Source: Balanoglossus misakiensis
Lineage: Eukaryota; Animalia; Hemichordata
Assembly: GCA_040954595.2 (NCBI GenBank)
Contig: CM082576.2
Span: forward strand, 16,787,028-16,851,027
Length of the DNA: 64,000 bases
Direction: 5' to 3'
The stretch's first letter is position 1; every line of letters begins with the position of its first letter. Below are positions 11,179-24,614 of the stretch, piece by piece. A program made the position numbers and the translations under genes. The notes under the pieces are model-generated. The model was not told the origin of the DNA and searched no databases. It saw only the letters and a program-made list of their open reading frames with translations.

Positions 11179-14100
11179 CTGTCACATTTATTTCACCAAC
11201 TGCTGTGTATTCTTCGCTGTTATATCGGAAATGTATCAGACATTGATACATGCCTTCGTGTGTGCTATTTACGTGGTATAAAGACATTGCATCACCATAC
11301 ATCCCCATGGTTCCATTGTCCATGGTTTTGTTATTCACTTCAATGTTTGTATCAACGCTACCATTATTGGCAGACATATCTGTGTCATTATTGATCGTCA
11401 TACTTAGATGAGTTCCATCCTTCATCCAACTGGTCGCTATCATGCCCTCTACGTCCAAACCAGTTAAATAACATAATAAAGTGGTGTTGTCCCCGGCACG
11501 CAGATATTTGTCTTCTGACGTATCTGTAGATTAAAAACAAAGCAAAAAAATCGTATACAGCTTTTCCTTGTATACAGGTATAAAACTAAACATAATTTTT
11601 CAGTTATTGTAAAAGGTGTCGTCATGTTTGACACTTGAATTAATTAAGTCGAAACTTCAATTCAGAGTCAGTAATATCAACAGTTTATAATGCAGACGTC
11701 GACGTACAATGTTAGTGTAAATTTCAACATACAGCACTAGAACTGTCTACACACATCAAACCGGAAAAAGACCGAAGAAAATAATTTATGCAGCACATAT
11801 TCAATTTAAGTAGCTCGTTGTGAGGTTTGCGTGAGTATTTCACTTGCAATTCAAGCCTTTCCATTCCTTGTCCATCAATGACAAAGACGCGCGCTGACAA
11901 TTGCAACCTGCTGAAAAATTGCATAAAAAAGGGGATTGTATGGCAACTTCACGTCTTTTATTTTCTCAGTTCGCTCTCTGGACAGGTTACTTTGTATTCA
12001 AAATGATTTAACTCAAAAACGGGTGACTAACTAGAAGCCTACCAAATTTTCGTACAATTGTCATGTCTCCCAATTGAATGGGTGGGATACATTAGTGAGT
12101 CTGCTGGTTGCTAGCAGCTTTTATATGATTTAATAAGAATTCTGAATTTGACAAAAACACTCTCACTTCATTTCTGGACTATGGTTGATCCAGCCGGGAC
12201 TGCAGGTCTTGTCCTGTATGTCCACGGCTGGCCTTTCTTAACAAAGTCATTGGCGTTAAAATCCACTGTACACGGTCGTGTTCCCGTTTCTTCATCATCA
12301 CCCGACACCTAGACATCATCCGCGAATGTATCTCACCAATTCAAAGGGTGACATGACACAATCATACTTAGCACATGTTCTCAAAAATTGTGTTGCAGAA
12401 TATTTCTAACATTGTCAGAATTTTGCTTATGACAACTTAAACAAACAAACTAATGAGAAAAAAATTCTTTATGGATTTAATGGGCGATTGTGAAAAAATA
12501 TGCCGCCTTTTAAAAATCTCAGACGCTATTCTGTCGACAATACACACTGCACAAGTCTAAATTGTTTAGTTTAAACGACCATCGGTTGTGATAAGAGTCA
12601 CTTTCAATCCTTCTTTTAAGACTCAAAACAAACACTCCTTGTGGTATATATTTAGATGACACAAATACAATTCATAAAAAAGAGCTTTCCATTGATATGA
12701 TACATAGGTTTTTTGGTGTAAAAATATTGTTTGACCGAGAAATTTTTAATTAAAAATGGGTTGTCACGAACTTCACAAGCTACCTTAAAGGGAAGCCGTC
12801 GTCGCGCCGCGTTTGTTTGTTTATAAACATTACTATTAATCCCTGAATCCCTGAATTTAGATAATTCTTAGAATGTACGAAGCAGCCAACCGTAGAAAAG
12901 ACTGGGCATGACAGCAACTGAATATCCTAGTAGGGCGTGGCAACTGCAGTGAGGTTTGTGCTGGTAATATGGGAGGACATATTCTCATCAAGGGGTACAC
13001 CCACGTGGCGCGACGACCGCTTCCCTTTAATTTTCCTACAATTCTTCTAAACAAGAAGTGTATGCGTCATGAACATACACGGCATATGATATTTTCCTAT
13101 TGGAAACAACATCATTAAGCCATGTCCAAATTTAAATCAAACTCTAAATAAACGTGTTCTACTGACGACAAATTTGTCATTCAATATGATAGACATGATA
13201 AACAGTCTCTTGTGAGCCAGAGAAATTGTCTGCAGCTCATAAACAACAGTGTATAATCGCTGGATCGAGCTTTCGTCCAATCAGAATGGCGGGTGATAGT
13301 ATGGAAAGCCATGACTGTCTTATGATGTGTGAAAACTTTATGTGGTGAGGTTATTTCTTTACGTGATGACGAAATGCCCTGATATGGTGAGGTTATTTCT
13401 TGACGACATAATTGCATTTCGACATCCTGTAATGTTTAATTTGGGTTACATAAAGTTTTCACACATCATAAGACAGTCATGGCTTTCCATATGATAGCAT
13501 GATATAATAAATCTTTAATACACTTGTGGATTTCGAACCAGAATATAAATATCCATCAGAGTTTAAGAGCTGAATTTGGCAGCAACGTTTGGCTAATGTT
13601 TTAGTACACCTACTTTTGTTTTTCATGCCTACAGCAGTTTCTCGATCGACTTTTTAAGCATTTGAAGTGCGCATGCTCATCAAAGTGTGAGGCAATAGAA
13701 GCGATATACAGTTTATCAGTGTTGCTATTGTTGGAAATCGAATTTAAGTCCGGACTAGAAATCAGCAACAATGGTTGTTGCACATTGTTATGTTGCCAAA
13801 CATAATAATGTGCAACATGTTCTTTGCATATAGAGTAGACCGAGAAATTCCAGCTGTCAGAATATACCGGTACTGTGAAAACTCGTCAAACGTTGTTACT
13901 CAAAACTCCGCTGTGTGATTTTTCTTAGATTGGTAACGTGCACTCACCTAATTGGTAGACGACCAGTTCTACCGGTTCTGATTCAGCAATCACCGTATCA
14001 GGTGGTATCGTTACTTGACATGTGTACCATCCTGTAGTATTTTCATTCAATGAAATTGTTGTCATTGTGGAATACATTACCATGTCGTCTGTTCTTTCAG

Positions 14101-15843
14101 ATTCGGTCCAGAATGTTGTGTTTGGTCCTGATGTGTAGAATGGAAATTTGAGGGAAATTTTGGAAGCGGGATCTTGACTTGCACTGGCTATTGTTTTACA
14201 TCCCAAGTCAACATCAGAACCACTTCGGACCACTTCCTCGAAAGGTTCAAAGGTCAGAGAAGCTGTGCAGTAAAGTGTAAAGTGTGTAACATTTTCATAT
14301 CGTTTTTAAAGATGAAAAGACTTGTGAAGTTACCGTTCAAACCATTTCACAACATTTACGAAAAGGGGAATCTCTGTATGCAGACACTGGCAAATATGGA
14401 GTACGATAAAATATCGATATTACAAATCTCACACAATACAGAGGGAGAGTGGAGGAGGGAGCGACGTGAGTGGGGGAGGAAGGAGAGATCGAGAGAGTTT
14501 TAATAAAGCCAAATAAAAAATATTTGCTGTTCCGATTACCCGACCTACCTAATTTTAGCCCGCCAACCCTAAACATTTTAGAGCTTTGTAAACCGAAAGT
14601 AAGAATTACAATGTCATATATACAAATTAACATTTTATGAAAATTGCTAAAATCATGCAAGAACTATGACGTCATTCTTCTACACTACGGCGGCCAAAGA
14701 TATAAAAAAATCGCGAAATAAATTTTTTATACCTACCTACCTACCCTATTTTTTTAAAAACCATGTAATCGGAACAACACATTATTTTTGGAGCCTAAGT
14801 TTGAGGCTTTGACGGAAGAGCTGCAGTTATGAACGGAATGTCTCGCTGTTGTGATCTGTGTCTATGTATATGGCGTTGGGGTGTGTCTCGCGCAATTTGT
14901 ATAGGCCATCTATTTTTGGTAACGAGCCAGAAATACGTACCATAGTTATTGTGACTATTCTGGAATAATTGCTTGCACACATGTAACCTGCAACTTTTCC
15001 CCCGTCAAAAACAAGAACATGGCCTCACTAACAGTGCTCACGGACGGTTGTTATATATAAATGCTCACAATAAATAATTGCATTTCCTGTAAATCCGAGT
15101 TGATAGAAAGGCAGTCTTGGTGGAATACCCATAAAATGCGAGAATCAGAAATTGAGAACAACTGCTTTAATCAGTAGATTGTTTTTGTACAAAACGTGCA
15201 GCAATCATCAATTCTGAGAAATTTTAAATCAAATAATACAACCGCGTGTCGCCAAACTAACAATGAACAGAATATTTTAAAATTCGTATTCAATAGTATA
15301 ATTTGTCGAAAAATAAAGCCTGATTTTCAGTCAAGAGAATCGATTAGATCAATTGTACTGTGTGTCAAATGGGCCTAAATTAATAATGCTAAGTCAAGGT
15401 CTACGGATCTACCTGAATAATACAGTAAAAGCTTTGTTCAGAGACACGCATAGGCCAAATACAAGATAACCTTCAGTATCAATCTTTCGTATGATTTATA
15501 CCGTCGATTTCTGGTATGGAAAATTATATCAGGCGATAAATAATAAGTCCCTGTATCCTGGAGTTTGAATCCACATGCCATCGCACAACAGCTAACATTT
15601 GACCTTCATAATTGTCAAATGGCTCTTGAATATAAAATGTTGCCAGATACATCCATCATATACAATATATGTGGCGTGAATTAATGTAACGTGCATTCGT
15701 TGTGACGCATAAATCGAGATGAAATTTGTGATGATATACTCACCAACTTTCGGCTGACCCGACGTTATTCCAAATAAAACCGCTAGAACGCAACTAAAAA
15801 CTAAATTACACATAGATATAGCGCTGTATTTTGCTGCCATCAT
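11179..15843 (-). CDS. Signal peptide + two Ig-like domains (5' exons of a cell-surface receptor; 3' part unresolved and apparently decayed)
   Basis: Phase-1 compatible exons: 15843-15744 (MMAAKYSAISMCNLVFSCVLAVLFGITSG), 14262-13948 (VDLGC...TGWYTC) and 11523-11179 (TTLLC...WMKDG...EGMYQC). All have canonical GT-AG sites. Confidence 0.7.
12789..13026. mobile_element. Kolobok-type MITE with TTAA TSD
   Basis: ttaa|agggaagccgtcgtcgcgcc ... ggcgcgacgaccgcttccct|ttaa; 20-bp TIR with one mismatch. Confidence 0.7.
13300..13491. repeat. Perfect 44-bp inverted repeat pair within a dispersed palindromic repeat family
   Basis: 13300-13343 is the reverse complement of 13448-13491. The adjacent motif atcgctggat..gagct..tccaatcagaatggcgg recurs near 22397-22445 and 63472-63520. 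Confidence 0.7.
14503..14797. mobile_element. MITE-like element
   Basis: Imperfect TIRs aaaaaatatttgctgttccgattac / gtaatcggaacaacacattattttt, with internal cctac repeats. Confidence 0.5.
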
Positions 15844-16709
15844 TTGCTCATAGGAACCTCGCCGTTGCATCAAACGCCTGCTTCTGAATTCAGTGTTTAT
15901 TTCATGTTTGATTGACCTCAATTCACCCAGCAGCCAGCTGCAGCTACGTATGGGCGTTTATTGTTTGGTATGCAAAATCCGTCTGCGGTATATATGCAAA
16001 TATTAGGACTGAACGTGTAGGCGGTATTATTATTCTAAGGGGGTTGGAAGCTTTCATTACGATGGGCACATCCGCATTCTAAATAAAATTGTCTACGTTC
16101 TCTTTCAAAATATCATGTTAACAACTATTTCGCACTGAGAAGTTCCCGAATGCGAATGCGATGGTCCAGTAAAATGACTTCCATAAAGTACATATGGCAC
16201 TCCATGAAAGGCATGAAGCATTGTGCTGAATGATGTTGAGTAATGCTCGTACTTGTTCGAAAATTTCGGTTTTATTAAATGCAAGTGTCGGCTCGCTGCG
16301 CCAGTCTAGCTGTACATGCTGTATTGGTCTAATGCCTGTAACCGTTGTGGGTGCTGCTGACAAACGTTTCGCTTTAATGATGGAAAGTAGCTGCAAATCG
16401 ATTTTTGCATATTGGGAAAATTAAAATGTTATCAGTCACGAACGTTTCCCTTTACAAAGCGTGTAGAAATGTCATTACTTGGGGACGAGGAAGGATTTTT
16501 AATGTACACTACATGTATCTGCTTTTATCAAGGGGTTGTCTCCCAGTGGAATAGAGACGGTATCTAAAATCATCGGTGATGTACGGTTTAAGAAAAATGA
16601 CACAATGTATTAAAATAGCGTGTGTGTATGTACCGTGCCAATGCTTCTTACAGGCTGAGGGTAATAAAGGGTTTTCATCATCATCATTGAACATTGATAC
16701 ACCGTAATG

Positions 16710-16860
16710 TAATGTTTAGAGCAGTAGACTCCAGTCGGGCGATTGATGGACTGAGCCTCGGCATTGCCGTTTTGCTATGTCCTCGAGCAAGACATTTTAA
16801 CTTCTCGTCGGTGCTGAGGAGTACAGTAATGGGTGCCTGATAGGAGAAAGACGATAATGC
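16710..16860 (+). mobile_element. Degenerate tRNA-derived SINE-like relic
   Basis: Decayed A-box-like start (gtaatgtttagagcagtagactc) followed by tgtcctcgagcaagacatttt, which resembles the GTGTCCTTGAGCAAGACACTT block common in deuterostome SINEs. Confidence 0.35.
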
Positions 16861-17266
16861 ATGTCTCTGTGTTTTAGCTCTGCTGCAGTGATTACGACTG
16901 CATTTATTGATAGTCTCTCGTAAGATGCCTTAAGGGAAGATCGTAAATTGTTGACAGGCTTAGGAATTGAAGGACGTATATATCAATTAAAAGTCACGAT
17001 CCCAGAGAGGATAAGCCATTACCTGAAACTAATTACGGTTGTAAGTCAAGTTGAACCAAGCTTGTCCATTTGTATATTTCCTATACCATGTCAACATGGT
17101 ATAGCCCTCGCGCAAGCCGCACGACCCAGCCACCCAAACAAGGTTTCAATTATTGCAGGTACATGGTATGCTATATATATAGGAGTGGTTTTGAAATACT
17201 AAAAATACAATGCTAAAATTAAACAAATCAACCGGCTTTCACGCAGCTTGGTGTGGGGTATATTTC

Positions 17267-20200
17267 CTACAACCAGTCTGGTACGCGAGGCCCACAGTCA
17301 TTGCAGTCATACCCAAAGCGGCAGTTGTTGGATGTGGAACCGGTTGAACCGTCGTCACATTCACCATTATTGATGTAGCCTGTGCATCTATTACGACACA
17401 CCACTTGGAAAACAAAGAGAAGGTTTGCGTTATTAAGGTGTATTTCGATGAATCAGCTACTCTTGTGAGAACTAGGTAAATTTGATTTTAAAATAAGGAA
17501 AATGTGTTTTCTTTTAATAGAATATAACCAAAATGTGTTGTGCGATAGTCCAAATACGTTGAAATTTCACTTCGACGGTAGCACTTTTTACCGAAACACC
17601 TTTGCCTTGAAAAATCAATGTGAATAAAAAAGATCGCATGTACTGTACTGATAGACATAGCAAGAAAGACTAGAAAAGAAGAAATTCAGTGTGAAAAATA
17701 ATATGGCGATTTGTTAGTGCTTTATTTCATTAATTAGCGGCTATTATGAGCTTTCACTTCGACAAAGCGTTGTGTAAGGGACAAATGCCGAAGGATTTAA
17801 AAAAATATTTTCAATCATCATGCTGCGAAAGAATGTCATCAAAATATGGGATACGACATTCTTAGTGTAGTTTTCCTGTAGGCCTAATATAATGCAAGTG
17901 TTTGGAATGAAAAAAATATGTAAGAACTTACGATTCGCAAAATGAAGGGGGAGTTGCACAAGTTTGTTCGGTGTTGCGGAACGATGCTCGGCGGGCACAG
18001 GAGACAGGTCGATTTTCCCCGTGGCGACAGCCTCGAACAACACTTTCTCAGCCAAACTTTTCGAAATAGTTAACTCACTTCCTAGAATCAGGGCTGCAAC
18101 ACCTGGAAACAAATAAGGAGGAAAATGTTACACACTTCATTTTTGGCACCGATCTAAAAATTGAGTGATAGAAGTACAATGTAATCGTGTCTTATGCCTG
18201 GACACACGTTATGTTCGTTGAGTCAAACGGTTATTGGACATGTTTCAATGACAAGAACATCATGCGTGGTCTATCAGAATAAAGTACAAGAAGACAAATA
18301 CATGTCATGTTAAAAATTTAACTCTTCCCTCAAAATTATCAAAATATTCTTACCGGCTACATGGGGCACTGCTATTGAGGTCCCACTCACAGTGCTGAAG
18401 GTGCCGTCGGCAACTTTCGAAGTAGTGAAGATGCTAGTTCCAGGTGCCAGAATGTCGACGCAACTGCCGTAATTCGAAAACCAAGCGAAGTTATCATTGG
18501 AGTCTGTAGCTGCCACCGTAATTGCCTGTAACGTACAGAAACGAGTCCAAACAATAAGTCTCTCGTAGTTTCACATTTCATATAACGAATCCGATCTCAG
18601 ACTATTACTATCTTCAAATTTAGAATAACAATTTGGAGTCACCGTGCAAAACTTTTTCTTTTCAAAAAGACTGGCCACACACTTGGCCTAAATGCAAGAG
18701 AATATTGTTTTGTTCTTGTATACTGTGCCCGGGTGCGCGGTGGCTTAAATGTACTACCTCTGGAGCTGATGCGGGTGACATTGTACACGAATCCTCTTCG
18801 CTGTTTCCAGCCGCGGCAACCACGATGTACCCGGCATCCGTTAAGCGCTTAACCGCCAAGTTTTCCGCCTGGGAGAAGCTACCTCCATACGCCATGGTAA
18901 CCACTGCTGGTTTCATGTTGGATGCGACGATTGCATCCATGGCTATGAGAAAGGAGAAGCAACGCGTTGTAAGAATCGGGGTGACATTAAACAAATGCAG
19001 TCAATACGAAAACGACTTTCTCAGACACACTATTTTGTGCATTGTTTTAAATAATTGTTTCGGGTCAGTTTAACTCACCTGCAATAGAGCGACTGACCGG
19101 CGAGCTGTTTTGGCAATTCAGTACACGACACGAGTATAATTCAACACCAGGGGCAACGCCAACTAATTGCCCACCAACAGTGCCAGCTGTGTTGGTGCCG
19201 TGTCCGACACAGTCATCTCCCTGTAAAATCGTGTAAGTCCCAGTAAACCACTGAATAGATGACTTTCTACTCAATATGGGTGGGATCACGCGAGACTTAG
19301 TTAAATACTGTAGCAATGGCTTGTTATCGAAGTATTACAAGTGAAGTTTTGTGTGTAACTATAGAATAGGCGACGATTTTAACAAAACTTGGGAACGTTT
19401 GTGCCGTTTAATTTTAACACGACGGTACGGGCCGTTCACTGCGACGGAAGTGGCTTGTGCAAAACCATTGTTAAATACGCGTGAAACGGCAATTTTAGAT
19501 GCTTTGGGGTTCTTTATTCGAACACCCTGAAAAAGAGGATTAACTCGTGATAAAGGCTACAGCAAAATTATCTATAGTACAGGGTAATACGTCTGCAAGA
19601 ACTTAGTTTCAAATTCAAACTGAAATAATCGTCGTATATTAGAATATGTACGGTTAATATTGTTTCAAACTTACGTCACGGCCATCTCCGACTCCATCAT
19701 AGAACCGATGTGCTCTGTCACCAAAGTCCACGTGAGTAAAACGTATTCCAGAGTCAATCACAAAGACATTGACGCCCGAACCGTCGCCTGTCAAGTGTAG
19801 AAAATTGTGCGGTCCAACTGTCAAATCTAATTTAAGGTTGCGATTGAGGGTGAATCTCTTGACAAACATAGTTTGGAAGTAATTGTAGCATTATTATTAG
19901 TAGAATTATTATAATTGTCATCACTTTTAGCTAATTAGAAAAAAAGTAAATGCTAAGTCCAATCTGTTAAACCGTCAACAGCTATGTGAAATCTAGCAAG
20001 ATTCACCATCAAAAGTTATTTGTTTTCTGAATGAACATGTGCACTCTGAATGATTGTAATGCTGCTAGTATTCATTCAATTTAAGAGCATTTTGATCTTC
20101 TGGAAGAAAACCCTCAGACATTTAAAATTCGATCGTCAAGTAAAGAGCGAAAACCACAATAAATGTCATACCAAGTGAACCTGGAAGGTACCGATTATTC

Positions 20201-20402
20201 AAAGGCAGGTCAGGCTGGTCGATCCTGTCTAAACCCCATGAGGTTGCTGCTCCATGAACAAGCTCGTCTTCCTCAACATAGTCGACCTCATCCAGCCAAC
20301 GGAGCTATTTTGTGCAAGTAGTGGTTAAACTGTGTCAGGTTTTGTTATGAGATGCCGTGCAGTGTGTCGTCCTTGGCTCTAAGGTGTTTGACATATGCCT
20401 AT

Positions 20403-20434
<32 letters not shown>

Positions 20435-21091
20435 ACACATCCACCCACCCACACACACACACATCCACCCACCCACACACACACACACATATATCTACAT
20501 TCATTCATTCATGAAAAAAAATTTGGAATCATGAAATATAATGCACATACTATATCGACTGCGTCTCCATGAATTCTGGCAACAAAGCCTTTCATTAATC
20601 TTGTCACATTTATTTGAAAATCAATGTGTTCTCCATGCTCTTCGGAAAGTTGTTGAAATTTTTCTTCGAATTCGACCAATTGATCATCAGTTAGATTGTC
20701 CTTGATGAAAAAATTAAACATGAGATATATGTCACTAAGATGCACTCACCAAGCAAACTTCTATGCAAATACAAACTACTGTATTTATGGTACACATCGG
20801 ACACACAGTGCTTGTCTCTGTCATCAAATCTAGAAAAGGGCAGTCTTAACATTCATAAAAATCGTCAATAATTTTTACCCTGAGTTTGACAATGTATTCA
20901 TCATCTATTTTCTCATATCCGGCACGAAGCAACGGAGCTTGAGCGCCACGTTTGACGAACGTCGGACGCAGCGCACGGACTCTTCGCTCCTCGGCGGCGG
21001 TCTTTCTTGTCATTCGGCCGGAAGCTGTGTTCTGCATCGCAAGTAATGCAAGAATGCAGAACCAAATCGCCAGCGAGTGCGACGGGATCAT
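17267..21091 (-). CDS. Secreted subtilisin-family S8A serine protease (proteinase K/aqualysin/PCSK9-like) with I9 prodomain and a C-terminal Cys-rich module, ~471 aa
   Basis: Nine phase-consistent exons: 21091-20879, 20700-20551, 20304-20172, 19787-19675, 19220-19079, 18942-18758, 18525-18354, 18102-17932, 17403-17267 (1416 nt). Motifs: signal peptide, YIVKL/YVEED (I9), WGLDRIDQ, triad VIDSG / GHGT / SGTSIA, oxyanion AAGNS. Confidence 0.9.
20403..20490. repeat. (CA)n/(CCCA)n microsatellite
   Basis: Directly visible; lies in an intron of the protease gene. Confidence 0.9.
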
Positions 21092-21410
21092 TGTTGTCTG
21101 AAATGTCATTACGAAGATAAGAATATGATTTGCTATCATAATGACATACATGTACATGGATAAGATTCAGTCAGGATTACAGAATAGAAAAAAAAAAGAA
21201 TGCAGACGCAAACACATGCAGCTTGGACAATCAACGAACTGCGGTGAAAAGCAAGATTGAAGCTTATGTTTGCTTTGACAACAGCTTCTCGGTGAGTAAA
21301 CGAAATGGTGCATAAGACGTGCGCCTTGTCAGAGGAATCTGGAGTTACACGTAAATGTATGTGTACTCGTTACTCCGCGATAATGCAAACTTAAGCTTCA
21401 AGTAACATAC

Positions 21411-21506
21411 CTTTTTGTAGTTATTCAGTAACACGCAAATGATGTCAGTCGAGCCACTGGAAATCGTTGTACAATCTCCAAACCTTCAATAATGGTTAGG
21501 TTTATA
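21411..21506 (-). promoter_or_regulatory. Putative TATA box and non-coding first exon of the protease gene
   Basis: Minus-strand TATAAA at 21506-21501, donor AAG|GTATGT at 21411/21410, and an acceptor TTTCAG just upstream of the ATG at 21091. Confidence 0.5.
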
Positions 21507-22624
21507 CAAATGCTCTTTTCTCCTGTTTGCATTTACCAAAATAACAATTCCTAGTACTATGCACAAAAATAATTCAACTGAAACAACGTGATATCATACC
21601 AGCCACCAACCCACATTATTGCTTTCAATGATCTAAAGATACAATATCCTGACCTGAAAATTTCCCTCTATTTCTGATTATTAAACGAGTTACATTCGTC
21701 GGGATGAATACTGATAGTGGACAATCAAATTAGAGAGCCTTCAGGAATAACGAAGGGTTCGGCCGGAGGACTCCGGGGGGGGGGGGCATTTTTTGTTTAT
21801 AAATCTCTTCAAGGAGATTCCATCGTGCACTGGTAAACTTTTGACATCTTTTCCCAAAATAATCCATTTATTTTGCATCAAACCCTGTTTTCCATTGACA
21901 TATATCGATTGCAAGTTAATGCTCCTGGACCAGCCCTCCCACAATAACTGAAAGCTCACTTACCGTTAAGAAATCCCGATATATGAATTTTGGGTAACTT
22001 TTAATATGCCAAAATACGTTTTTACAAAAGATATAGTCATTTTACGTTTTCCTTTTTTCTATGCCACAGGGTTCTCCTAGATAACAATTTGTGGCGAAAC
22101 ATTTCGTTTCGTTTATTTACTCTGATTCTTCATTGGGAGGATAATATCATCGATTTGACGATAACGATCATCAGAAAGCAAGATTCGGTTTCTCTCAACA
22201 AACTACCTTTATCATTATGGCCAACCTCCCAATTCATCCTTATGGCATGTCGCATAATACAGGACTGAATTAGTCTATAGAATGGTGTCACACTGAAAAT
22301 AGAAATTATAAAAAGCTATTTTTTTAGTTCTAATGTACTTCTGCAGGCCAGTCATGCGTTCACCAGTTTTAGTAGTGCTCTATTAAGTATTTTAGTATCG
22401 CTTGATTGAGCTCTCCTCCAATCAGTATGGCGGATGGTAGCATGATATGATATAGAGTTTTCTTGCATGCATATGAGCTACACTATCAAATCCTGTTGGT
22501 GATTGAAGGTCATCTAAATGGTATACAAGGGTACGAAAATGGATACATGTATATAAATAACAAAGCAACCTGAGTGTCAGGTTTAGTATTTTAGCAAAGT
22601 ACATATTGTATATTATTTTACGGT

Positions 22625-22631
<7 letters not shown>

Positions 22632-22681
<50 letters not shown>

Positions 22682-22698
22682 GTGTGTGTGCGCGCGCG
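22632..22698. repeat. (TG)n(CG)n microsatellite
   Basis: Directly visible. Confidence 0.9.
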
Positions 22699-22874
22699 CT
22701 TGAATGGATGTATGAATGAATGGATACGAAATTTTGAACTTTCGCAAAGTCGAAAAATTGTCATTTTGGATGATTTTCATGAGCTATAACAACGGGCAAA
22801 AAGATACGAGGGACACATCTTAAGCTATGACGCTATGTCCACGTCTGTACAATGGTCCTGTACTGTGACTGTCT

Positions 22875-23356
22875 ATTGGCCTGTAAGCAGAATGGGACCA
22901 AAATAAAAGGCAAAATTTTGGGCTCACCTGTAGCACCTGCTGAACTCATTAATTATGTGCATACCTAATTCTGGGCTAACTAATAGGGCTAGAGGTTTCG
23001 TTCTTGTAGGACATGGACCAGTATAGGGTAAAAAAAAATTGCCCAAATGTTGGGTGACCTCAGGTGACCTTTGACCTACTTTCCTATATCTCGGCATCCA
23101 GAGCAGGTACAGACTTGGCGTTTGGGGGTTGGGACTAAAATTGAAAAGCCAAAATTGGGGTCACCTGTGACACCTGCATATCTCATTAATTATGTGCATA
23201 CCTTATTTCAGGCTAACCAATAGGGCTAGAGGTTTGATTTTTGTTGAACATGGACCAGTATGGGGTCAAAATTTCTTGCCCAAATTTTGGGTGACCACAT
23301 ATGACCTTTGACCTTCGGCTTAAGCTTGGGCCCGTCATCGCTGCTTGCAGCTATAT
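22875..23356 (-). repeat. Interspersed repeat with an internal ~240-bp diverged direct duplication
   Basis: ctcattaattatgtgcatacct...tagggctagaggttt...acatggaccagtat occurs near 22945-23025 and again near 23182-23262. The repeat ends in gtcatcgctgcttgcagctata. Confidence 0.5.
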
Positions 23357-23588
23357 TTTTTTCATAGAGTGGCCCGATGTTTGTGCAAACATGAATTATG
23401 TGATGTGAAATGAAATAAAATCCTCGGCTCCGACACCAGCCTGATAGAGGGCAGCTGTAAATCAAGAGAGGTATTCAGAAAGACGGGCTGCACAGGCCTT
23501 GTAAATGTGACCCAGACAATAAATCTACAGGTAAATTATTTATAAGCTCTGGCATTGCGATCGTCTGCTGCAGACCAGACACAATTCA

Positions 23589-23646
23589 ATACATACATAC
23601 ATACATACATACATACATACATGCATGCATGCATGCATGCATGCAT

Positions 23647-23729
<83 letters not shown>

Positions 23730-23752
23730 TACATACATACATACATACATAC
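23589..23752. repeat. Compound microsatellite (TACA)n(TGCA)n(CGCA)n(CA)n(TACA)n
   Basis: Directly visible; it explains the low-complexity ORFs at 23536-23856. Confidence 0.92.
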
Positions 23753-24614
23753 CTTTTATTGGTGTGGCGGTTGCCGTGAATGTAAGTCGATCTCTCTGCA
23801 CCCTGTGGTTTGAAATCAAGATGTCAAATGGAAAATACATAGAACTTTATGGTTAGAATATATATGTCATTCAACTTTTAATATTTTATCAATACTCTGC
23901 TACAAAATTTCAGCACGATCCGACATACTCTAGCGTTTGAACGTACATTTTTATCATGTAAAGCTGAATGTGTCATCATTCGTCTATGTAGCAAAACTTT
24001 TTGAAGGTAGTATGAATATTAACAGAAAGTAATCTGCAAAAGTTTAGGCGTCTTAGGTATTTTAATCATACTATTGTTTCACTATTGTTTCACTATGTAA
24101 ATATTTTGATAGGCGCCATATACAAATTATTATGCCATTAAAACTGTTTGATATGCGACATATACAAATTACTATGCAATTTACAACTGTTTCTACTTCA
24201 TTTACATATTTGCATTATTTGATCATCAAAATAAGGATATTTTTATCTGTCAGTGTTGGGGTCATCCGACTGCGCTGTCCCATATATGTTAATTTGCCAT
24301 GTTCGGTCTCCATTGAATCACTCAGAAGAATTCATAGTAGCGTCAATATTTACAGCTTATGCAGATGCCTGATACTGTAAAATCTGCAAATAGATCAAAA
24401 TACTCTACCAACAATTTCTTTATTTTGTTATTTTGGCTTTTGTAGTAATTGTGTCGAGATGGGTCGCTATATTTCCGCGCTCATTTACATCAGTGCATTT
24501 TTTAAACCTCATAACGGTTGTGCATGGAGAGCAAATTGCCTAAATTGCCGTATTACTGCAGTAAATTTGATGAAACCTACAGATATCTATCTTACATGTT
24601 CTGATGTTTCTTTG

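Noticed and set aside
12165-12310. Additional exon of the Ig gene
   Set aside because: The required phase-1 frame hits TGA immediately and the other frames also stop; no recognisable motif.
23536-23856. His/Thr- or Cys/Val-rich ORFs (also 20352-20572 and 51279-51617)
   Set aside because: Translations of microsatellites.
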